Below are positions 19,553-26,498 of a DNA stretch of 64,000 nt, in pieces (within the stretch, counting starts at the first letter, position 1; every line of letters starts with the position of its first letter). This DNA is from Vicinamibacterales bacterium (GTDB taxonomy: Bacteria; Acidobacteriota; Vicinamibacteria; Vicinamibacterales; UBA8438): the NCBI GenBank assembly GCA_036012905.1, contig DASCQF010000126.1:13165-77164 (forward strand), read 5' to 3'. The notes under the pieces were generated by a model. It saw only the letters and a list, made by a program, of their open reading frames with translations, was not told the DNA's origin and did not search any database. Both the position numbers and the translations under genes were made by a program.

Positions 19553-20125
19553 CTACTTGGCCGTGACGACGAAGTGCCCGCGCCGGTTGCGCGACCAGCA
19601 CCCTTCGTGCGAATCGGTACAGAAGGGCGACTCCTCGCCCCGGCTCACCGTCGCGATACGGTTCGTGGGAATCCCGAGACTCACCAGGTAGTCCCTGACC
19701 GCAGCCGCGCGACGCTCGCCGAGCGCGAGATTGTACTCGTTGGTGCCACGCTCGTCGCAGTGGCCCTGCACCGTCACCCGGGTGGCACCCCACTGGCGCA
19801 TCCAGTCGGCGTTGCGCTGCAGCGCAGCCCGCCCGTCGGGCAGCAGCTCAGATTGATCGAGCTCAAAGAATACCGGGTCGAGCGGCGATGTGCTGTTCAG
19901 CTCCTCCAGCGACATCCGCGCGAATAACTCCTCGGGCGTCAACGGCGCTGGTGGCGGCGGCTCCGGTGGCGGTGGCGGCGGTGGTGGTGGCGGTGGCGGT
20001 GGTGGCGGTTCCGCCGGCGGCGGCGGCGGCGGCTCAGGCGGTGGGTTGTCAGCGCACCCCACCGCACCGAAACCGAGCACCAAGCTCAGGCATACGGCGA
20101 GCAGATAGCGATAAGCGGACTTCAT
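19553..20125 (-). CDS. pal: peptidoglycan-associated lipoprotein (OmpA/Pal family) with a poly-proline linker
   Basis: Lipoprotein signal MKSAYRYLLAVCLSLVLGFGAVGC. A ~40-residue Pro-rich linker follows. The OmpA-like domain reads TVQGHCDERGTNEYNLALGERRAAAVRDYLVSLG. Confidence 0.88.
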   Translation of the reverse strand: MKSAYRYLLAVCLSLVLGFGAVGCADNPPPEPPPPPPAEPPPPPPPPPPPPPPPEPPPPAPLTPEELFARMSLEELNSTSPLDPVFFELDQSELLPDGRAALQRNADWMRQWGATRVTVQGHCDERGTNEYNLALGERRAAAVRDYLVSLGIPTNRIATVSRGEESPFCTDSHEGCWSRNRRGHFVVTAK

Positions 20126-20209
20126 GTGCGGCGTCTCCTGTCTCCGCGCTCCAGATCGGGCCTTATTCACCCTCTGGTTCAAGTGCCGTATCCGAACGGA
20201 GCGCCCGTG

Positions 20210-20255
20210 TGGCCAGAAGTGCAAACCTTGCATGGCCAGAAGTGCACAGCTTACA
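20210..20255. repeat. Tandem 23-bp direct repeat (TGGCCAGAAGTGCAMASCTTRCA x2, 19/23 identical)
   Basis: Read directly from the sequence, 85-130 nt upstream of the pal start codon in a 233-nt non-coding spacer. Confidence 0.7.
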
Positions 20256-20358
20256 GAGGAACAGCGAAATCTGTCAATTCGCAGTATTTCCAGACACTTC
20301 CGCACTTCCAATCCGGTGTTCGAAGAGGCTGTCGTCAGCATGCTCGAGCAGGTCCCCG

Positions 20359-20577
20359 TCAATCCCTCTCGTCATTCTCGTCGTCGTCAGCCGCATCTTC
20401 GCCCGCCGGCTCCTCGAAGTCGCTCGCCGATTCGTCATCGGCCAGCACGAGCGCGAGCGGCGACAGCTCGGACACCACCAGGGTGGCGCCACACTCGAAA
20501 CAGCTCAGCTGGTCACCACGGTCGACATCGAACTCGTCAACGTCGACTTCGGCCTCACACTCGCTGCAGATCGCCAT
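20359..20577 (-). CDS. LysW-like zinc-ribbon protein with an acidic C-terminal tail
   Basis: 72 aa: MAICSECEAEVDVDEFDVDRGDQLSCFECGATLVVSELSPLALVLADDE... It has two CxxC pairs and the L-V-V-S-x-x-P-L pattern seen in the LysW/ArgW amino-group carrier proteins. The tail ends ENDERD rather than EDWGE. Confidence 0.6.
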   Translation of the reverse strand: MAICSECEAEVDVDEFDVDRGDQLSCFECGATLVVSELSPLALVLADDESASDFEEPAGEDAADDDENDERD

Positions 20578-20825
20578 ATCCTCTTCGCGCCTCCAAACTG
20601 GACCCCGTCGCATCCACACTGATGCGAGTGCAATGACCGGCAGCCCAGACCGCAGGATGGCGGAGGTCGACCGGCGGAATTGTAGCGAGAACCGACGCTG
20701 GGCCGCAACGCGCGCCATCGCCGGCATCTCACTATCACCGCGACCCCGAAACACCGGTAGCATACGAGGAGCGTGGGGTGCGGGCCCGACATTCCAGCGT
20801 GACAACATCGAAGGACATCTGCCAG

Positions 20826-21554
20826 ATGACCACCTCCGCCGCCAGTTCCAGAACGGTGCTGATCGCCTCCGCCGAGACCGATCTCCGGAGCCGCTTTGCC
20901 GAGGCGCTCCAGCAAGCCGGTCACCGGACGCTCGAAGCGGCGCGGACATCGGACCTGCTCGGCTTGGTCGACAACGACCAGCCCGGCGTGGACCTGTTGC
21001 TGCTCGACCTCGGTCTGGCCGGTAGCGAGGGCGTGGCACTCGTACGGCGTGTGCGTGACGACGCCGGCAGTCTGCCGATCATCGTCTTCAGCGGGTCGGT
21101 CAGCAGCGCTGACGAGGTTCCAGAGCTGGCGGCGCTCGGGGTCACTGGGTATGTGAACGAGCATAGCGAGGCCCAACAGATCCTGCCGTCGCTCGCGCCG
21201 CATCTGTTTCCGGACAGCTTCAACCGGCGCAGCAGCCCGCGGGTCGTGCTGGCGATCCCGGTGTCCTACCGGGTCGACAACACGATCGCTGGCGCTCTCA
21301 CCCTGAACATCAGCAAAGGCGGTTTGGCCATCCGCACCATGAGCCCGCTTGCAGTCTCCACCAAGGCCAACGCGCGCTTCCGCCTCCCAGGCTCGAACCG
21401 CGAAATCAGCGCCGATGCACGGGCAGTCTGGAGCGACCGACGCGTCGGCATGGGCCTCCAGTTCGAACAGATGGATGCCGGCGACCAGACCGCTGTGGAC
21501 GAATTCGTCGACCTGCATGACGAGAGCGACCCCGATGCGTCACGGCTGATATGA
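20826..21554 (+). CDS. response-regulator receiver domain / PilZ domain protein
   Basis: The N-terminal receiver is CheY-like (VDLLLLDLGLAG phospho-Asp context). The C-terminal PilZ has RRSSPR (RxxxR) and NISKGG (D/NxSxxG) c-di-GMP motifs. Confidence 0.8.
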   Translation: MTTSAASSRTVLIASAETDLRSRFAEALQQAGHRTLEAARTSDLLGLVDNDQPGVDLLLLDLGLAGSEGVALVRRVRDDAGSLPIIVFSGSVSSADEVPELAALGVTGYVNEHSEAQQILPSLAPHLFPDSFNRRSSPRVVLAIPVSYRVDNTIAGALTLNISKGGLAIRTMSPLAVSTKANARFRLPGSNREISADARAVWSDRRVGMGLQFEQMDAGDQTAVDEFVDLHDESDPDASRLI

Positions 21555-21725
21555 GTTGACACCGTTTCGGCACTACCGCTAGGTTTTGTAGACTCTTCAG
21601 ACGTCTTTCGAGCGGACGCAGCGTCTAATCATCATCTGCGGCCGGTCGACGGCGTGTCGGAGAAGCAGGACACTGGCGGGTAACAGCACGACGCCTGCGC
21701 GTCAGCTTTTGGGAGGAACCGCATC

Positions 21726-22754
21726 GTGGTCGAAGTGCAACACGTGACCAAGCGATATGGGTCACTGACAGCGGTCGATGACATCAGCTTCCGGGTCGAG
21801 CGGGGGGAGATACTGGGTTTCCTGGGACCAAACGGCGCGGGCAAGACGACGACGATGCGGATCCTGACCGGATATCTGCCGGCGACCGAGGGCCTGGCGC
21901 GCGTCGCCGGTTTCGACGTCTTCGAGCAGTCGGTCGAGGCGAAGCGCCGGACGGGCTACTTGCCGGAGACACCGCCACTCTATCCCGAGATGACCGTCAT
22001 CGAGTATTTGCGGTTCGTCGCGCGGATCAACGGCGTGCCGGCGAGTGACCGACAGACCCAGATCGGCTTGGCCATGGAGCGCACCAACGTCGCAGACATG
22101 GCCGACCGCTACTGCGGCACGCTGTCGAAGGGCTACCGGCAACGTGTCGGTCTGGCGCAAGCGATCCTGCATAACCCGGAAGTCCTGATCCTCGACGAAC
22201 CGACAGCGGGACTGGACCCGAGACAGATCATCGAGACACGCAAGCTGATCGCCGAGCTGGCGGGCGACCACACCATCATCCTCAGTACGCATATCCTGCC
22301 AGAGGTCTCGCAGACCTGTCAGCGGGTCATCATCATCAACCGGGGCCGGGTGGTCGCGGTCGACACCCCCGGCAACTTGACCGCACGACTGCAGGGGTCA
22401 CAGACGCTGTATCTTCAGGTGGACACACAGGGCGCCGACCCGATCTCGTCGCTCGAAGGCGTCGCCGGTGTCGTGAGCGTCACAGTGGCCGCTCAGCAGG
22501 ACGGGGTGGCGGGATATCACGTGGAGAGCGGCAGCGGCGACGACGTCCGCCGCGAGGTGTCCCGGACGATCGTGGCGAACGGCTGGGGTCTGCTGGAGCT
22601 GCGGCCGCAGCAGATGAGTCTCGAAGATGTCTTCCTGCACCTGACGACCGAGGACGAAGCGGCCGGCGGGAGCGAGGCGGCAGAGGATGCGACGCTCTAC
22701 GGCCCCGATGAGGACGCCGGGGAGACGGCAACGGAGGAGCGCACCGATGGGTAA
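21726..22754 (+). CDS. ABC transporter ATP-binding protein (GldA-like)
   Basis: GTG start preceded by GGGAGGA. Walker A GPNGAGKTT, signature LSKGYRQR, and Walker B LILDEPTAGLD. Confidence 0.9.
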   Translation: MVEVQHVTKRYGSLTAVDDISFRVERGEILGFLGPNGAGKTTTMRILTGYLPATEGLARVAGFDVFEQSVEAKRRTGYLPETPPLYPEMTVIEYLRFVARINGVPASDRQTQIGLAMERTNVADMADRYCGTLSKGYRQRVGLAQAILHNPEVLILDEPTAGLDPRQIIETRKLIAELAGDHTIILSTHILPEVSQTCQRVIIINRGRVVAVDTPGNLTARLQGSQTLYLQVDTQGADPISSLEGVAGVVSVTVAAQQDGVAGYHVESGSGDDVRREVSRTIVANGWGLLELRPQQMSLEDVFLHLTTEDEAAGGSEAAEDATLYGPDEDAGETATEERTDG

Positions 22755-23514
22755 CATCATGGCGCTGGCGCAAAAAGAGCTGCGGGCCTACTTCGTGTCG
22801 CCCATCGCCTACGTCGTGCTTGGGCTGTTCGCGGTGCTCTTTGGCGTGTTCTATGTGGCGAGCCTCAATCTGATGGTGCAGCTGAGCATGGGGCAGTTCG
22901 GCGCGGGCGGACCGCAGGTCGTCAACATCAACGAGTTCATGATCCGTCCCCTGTTCGGAAACACCTCGGTGGTGCTTCTGTTCATGCTGCCGATGCTGAC
23001 CATGCGGTCCTACGCCGAAGAGAAGCGGTCCGGCACCATGGAGCTGCTGCTGACGTCGCCGCTGACCGACCTCCAGATCGTCATGGGCAAGTTTCTTGGC
23101 GCCATGGCGCTCTACGCACTGATGCTGTCGCTCACCCTGATTCACATCGGGGTCCTGTTCTGGTACGGCGAACCGGAGTGGGCCCCGCTGCTGAGCGGCT
23201 ACCTGGGGCTGCTTCTGATGGGCGGCTCGTTCATCTCGATCGGCCTGGCCATTTCGAGCATGACCAAGAACCAGATCGTCGCCGGTGTCGCCACCTTCGC
23301 CGTGCTCTTGCTGTTCTGGGTCATCAACTGGATTGGCGACGCCTCCGGCACCACGACGCAGGCGGTGCTGGCGTATCTGTCAATCCTCGAGCACTTCGAC
23401 GACTTCTCCAAGGGTGTCATCGACACGACACATCTGACCTACTACGGCAGCTTCATCACGCTCGGGCTGTTCCTGACCGCGAAGTCGATGGACAGTGAAC
23501 GCTGGAACGGATGA
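22747..23514 (+). CDS. ABC-2 type transporter permease (GldF-like)
   Basis: Start overlaps the ATPase stop. MGNIMALAQKELRAYFVSPIAYVVLG is typical of the ABC-2/GldF family. Six predicted hydrophobic spans. Confidence 0.85.
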   Translation: MGNIMALAQKELRAYFVSPIAYVVLGLFAVLFGVFYVASLNLMVQLSMGQFGAGGPQVVNINEFMIRPLFGNTSVVLLFMLPMLTMRSYAEEKRSGTMELLLTSPLTDLQIVMGKFLGAMALYALMLSLTLIHIGVLFWYGEPEWAPLLSGYLGLLLMGGSFISIGLAISSMTKNQIVAGVATFAVLLLFWVINWIGDASGTTTQAVLAYLSILEHFDDFSKGVIDTTHLTYYGSFITLGLFLTAKSMDSERWNG

Positions 23515-23556
23515 ACCGCTCAACGACGTTCTAACAGCACTAGCGACTGACACCCG

Positions 23557-25158
23557 ATGTTAAGCAGACTCCTCGGCTCGATCGGCTGGCTTGGCTCCAT
23601 ACTGGTATTCACGGCGGTCGGGGTCTGGTTCGTCCGCCCAGACATGGAAACGCTACGTCGTGTGCTCGCGTTCGCCGGTCTGGCGTGCATCCTGCTCTAC
23701 GGTGCCGGTCAATGGCGTCAGGTCGCACGGTCGTTCGAACGACGGCAGACGCGGTATGGCACGTTGGCGGGCACCGGCATGGTGCTCGTGCTCGGCATCA
23801 TCGTGGCGCTCAACTACATCCTCTCTTGGCAAAACACGCGCTGGGACCTGACGTCGGCGCAACAGTATTCCCTGTCGGACCAGACGAGGCAGATCCTCAC
23901 CGCCTTGACGGCGCCGGTCCGGGTCATCGTGTTTGCTCGCGAGCCGGAATTCCCAGGGTATCGGGACCAGATCGGCGAGTATGCCTATCTGTCGAACCAG
24001 GTCACGGTCGACTACGTCGACGTGGACAAGCAGCCGCTGATGGCCCGCCAGTACGAGGTGCAGTCGTATGGCACGGTCGTGTTCGAACATGAAGGGCGTG
24101 TGGAACGGGTCCTGTCGACCGCCGAGCAGGATCTGACCAATGGCCTGATCAAAGTCGTCGAGGGCGTGGAACAGACGGTGTACTTTCTCCAGGGCCACGG
24201 CGAGAAAGAGCACACGGGCTCGGACCGAGACGGCTACTCCACCGTCTCCGGCGCCCTGGGTCTCGACAACTTCGAAGTCGAATCCCTGGTGCTCGCACAA
24301 CAGAGCGCCGTGCCCGACGACGCCACCGTCGTGGTCGTTGCCGGACCGCAGACCGACCTGCTTCCGGGCGAGATCGACGCGCTCGGCGCCTATCTGGATC
24401 AGGGTGGCAAACTGCTCGTGTTGATCGACCCGGCACCCGACGGCGACACACCGGCGCCCGAGGGATTGCTTGGGGTCTTGCGCGCGTGGGGCATCGAGCC
24501 GGGCCCCGGCGTGGTGGTCGACGCGAGCGGGATGGGGCAACTGCTGGGCGCCGACGCCTCGGTCCCGGTTGTGGCCAACTACCCGTTTCATCCGATCACC
24601 GATCGGTTCAACCTGCTGACCGCCTACCCACTGGCCCGGTCGGTACACGCCGCTCCCGGGAGCCTCGACGGCCGTGTCGCCCAGTCGTTCCTCGAAACAA
24701 GCGCCCAGAGCTGGTCGGAAGCAGACATCGAGGCGCTGGCAACCGGTCAAGTCGAGCTGAACGAGGAGGCTGGCGACCAACCCGGACCGGTAGCAATCGG
24801 CATGGCGGTGTCGGCGCCGGCGCCGTCCGCCGAGCCGGCGGTGTCCGAGACCGGTGCGCCGGACGACGACGATGAGGCCGCGGCCGCACCGCCCGAGACC
24901 CGTCTGGTCGTGATCGGCGATTCCGACTTCGCTACCAACGGCGTTGTCGGCATCCAGGGCAACCGCGACATGTTCCTGAACACCATCAACTGGCTCGCGC
25001 AGCAGGAGGACCTCATCTCGATTCGCGCGCGAGAACCGGAGGATCGCCGTCTCACGCTGACTGCCGACCAGCAACGGCGGGTGTTCGTGCTGTCGTTGTT
25101 CCTCGTGCCGGGGATCGTACTTGGCACCGGCGTCTACACGTGGTGGCGGAGACGCTAA
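23557..25158 (+). CDS. GldG family ABC-transporter auxiliary protein
   Basis: N- and C-terminal TM anchors flank a large extracytoplasmic domain. Position after the GldA/GldF-like genes and motifs such as VYFLQGHGE fit the GldG family. Confidence 0.75.
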   Translation: MLSRLLGSIGWLGSILVFTAVGVWFVRPDMETLRRVLAFAGLACILLYGAGQWRQVARSFERRQTRYGTLAGTGMVLVLGIIVALNYILSWQNTRWDLTSAQQYSLSDQTRQILTALTAPVRVIVFAREPEFPGYRDQIGEYAYLSNQVTVDYVDVDKQPLMARQYEVQSYGTVVFEHEGRVERVLSTAEQDLTNGLIKVVEGVEQTVYFLQGHGEKEHTGSDRDGYSTVSGALGLDNFEVESLVLAQQSAVPDDATVVVVAGPQTDLLPGEIDALGAYLDQGGKLLVLIDPAPDGDTPAPEGLLGVLRAWGIEPGPGVVVDASGMGQLLGADASVPVVANYPFHPITDRFNLLTAYPLARSVHAAPGSLDGRVAQSFLETSAQSWSEADIEALATGQVELNEEAGDQPGPVAIGMAVSAPAPSAEPAVSETGAPDDDDEAAAAPPETRLVVIGDSDFATNGVVGIQGNRDMFLNTINWLAQQEDLISIRAREPEDRRLTLTADQQRRVFVLSLFLVPGIVLGTGVYTWWRRR

Positions 25159-26498
25159 TGCGCGGTCTGCGATCGACGCTGATGCTCCTGGCGGTGGCGC
25201 TCGGGCTGGCTGCCTACATCTACCTCGGCGAGTCGGACCGTTCGGCGGTCGGGACACCAGAGCCACGAGACACGGTGTTCGACTTCGACTCGAACGACAT
25301 CAACCGGCTCTCGGTCACCGCGGAGAACGGCGAGCGCACCGTGCTCGAAAAGACCGACGACCGGTGGCAGCTGGCCGAGCCGTTGGTGACCGCCGTCGAC
25401 GTCACCGAGGTCGTCTCGCTCGCCTCTAGTTTCGCAACGCTCGAGATGCAGCGCGTGGTCGCCGAACCCGACGACGCTCCCGATCTGGCAGCGTTCGGGC
25501 TCGATGATCCGCGCATCGAGGTGGCTGCCACGACGACCACCGGCGCCGACACACGACTGCTGATCGGGGAACAGACGCCGACCGGAGGCGATCTGTATGC
25601 CACGCTCGCCGGTTCGAACCGGGTGTTCCTGATCTCGGGCTTTCTGGACGGCACCTTCAACCGGACCACGTTCGAGCTTCGCGACAAGACCATTCTCGAC
25701 TTCACACGTGACCAGGTCGACTCGCTCGAATTCGCCGGTCCCGATCTAGCCATCCGACTCGGGAAAGGGGACAACCGCTGGTCGCTGGTCAGCCCGTTCG
25801 CAGCCAACGCCGACTTCGGCGTCACCGACGGTGTCGTCGGGCGACTCAGCACCGGACAGATGTCTGCCATCGAGGCGGAGCAGACCGACGAGCTGGATCC
25901 GTATGGGCTCGACACCCCACGGCTGACGGTAACCGTGGGGCTTGGCAGCTCGGCGGCAACGTTGCTGGTCGGCGACACGGCGCCGGCCGGCACCGTATAT
26001 GCTCGGGACACCGCACGCGATCTGGTGTTCACGGTCGACGCGGCGCTCGTGACCGAGCTCGAGCAAGGAGTCGATGAGTACCGCCGGATCAACCTCTTCG
26101 CATTCCGACCGTTCAATGCGACGGCGCTCGAGCTCGACCACAATGGCGAACGCTGGGCGTTCGAACAGGTTGCGGCGACGTCCGACGCTGAATCAGACCA
26201 GTGGCGACGCACCGCGCCGGAGGCTGGTGCCGTTGACACCAGCGCGATGGACGACCTGCTGGCCAAGCTGTCGAACCTGCGCGCAGAGTCTTTCGTCGCG
26301 TCTCGGGACGGCACGGGGCTCGACGCGCCGGCCTCGACCATTCTCGTCACCTTTGACGAAAATGGCGAGCAAGAACGGGTGGTCGTGGGTCGCGTCGGCG
26401 ACGACGTGTTCGCCGTGAACGGCAACGAGCCGGGGGCGGCGCGCCTCAACACCAGAGCCTGGGACGATGCGCTGGAGGCACTGGACGCGCTTGAATGA
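25158..26498 (+). CDS. DUF4340 domain-containing protein
   Basis: TAATG overlap with the gldG-like stop. N-terminal anchor MRGLRSTLMLLAVALGLAAYIYLG, then repeated beta-rich modules. This is the usual fourth gene of the gldA/F/G cassette. Confidence 0.65.
   Translation: MRGLRSTLMLLAVALGLAAYIYLGESDRSAVGTPEPRDTVFDFDSNDINRLSVTAENGERTVLEKTDDRWQLAEPLVTAVDVTEVVSLASSFATLEMQRVVAEPDDAPDLAAFGLDDPRIEVAATTTTGADTRLLIGEQTPTGGDLYATLAGSNRVFLISGFLDGTFNRTTFELRDKTILDFTRDQVDSLEFAGPDLAIRLGKGDNRWSLVSPFAANADFGVTDGVVGRLSTGQMSAIEAEQTDELDPYGLDTPRLTVTVGLGSSAATLLVGDTAPAGTVYARDTARDLVFTVDAALVTELEQGVDEYRRINLFAFRPFNATALELDHNGERWAFEQVAATSDAESDQWRRTAPEAGAVDTSAMDDLLAKLSNLRAESFVASRDGTGLDAPASTILVTFDENGEQERVVVGRVGDDVFAVNGNEPGAARLNTRAWDDALEALDALE

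Noticed and set aside
19890-20108. 72-aa poly-glycine ORF (GGGGSGGGGGG...)
   Set aside because: It is the antisense reading of the poly-proline linker of the pal lipoprotein gene. It has no independent support.
20210-20255. Sigma-54 (-24/-12) promoter within the tandem 23-bp repeat (TGGCC-N6-TGCA)
   Set aside because: The GG-to-GC spacing is 8 nt instead of the required 10. On the plus strand the motif points away from pal into the 3' end of a convergent gene.
20359-21039. 226-aa minus-strand ORF containing the LysW-like sequence at its C-terminus
   Set aside because: The upstream 154 codons are Arg/Pro/Ser junk overlapping the receiver-PilZ gene on the other strand. Only the last 72 codons, starting from the Met at 20577, look like a real zinc-ribbon protein.
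21556-21585. Sigma-70-like promoter TTGACA-N18-TAGGTT upstream of the ABC ATPase gene
   Set aside because: The -35 hexamer is perfect, but the -10 matches only 3 of 6 positions at non-optimal spacing. The -35 also overlaps the preceding stop codon. It is too weak to report as a feature without TSS data.
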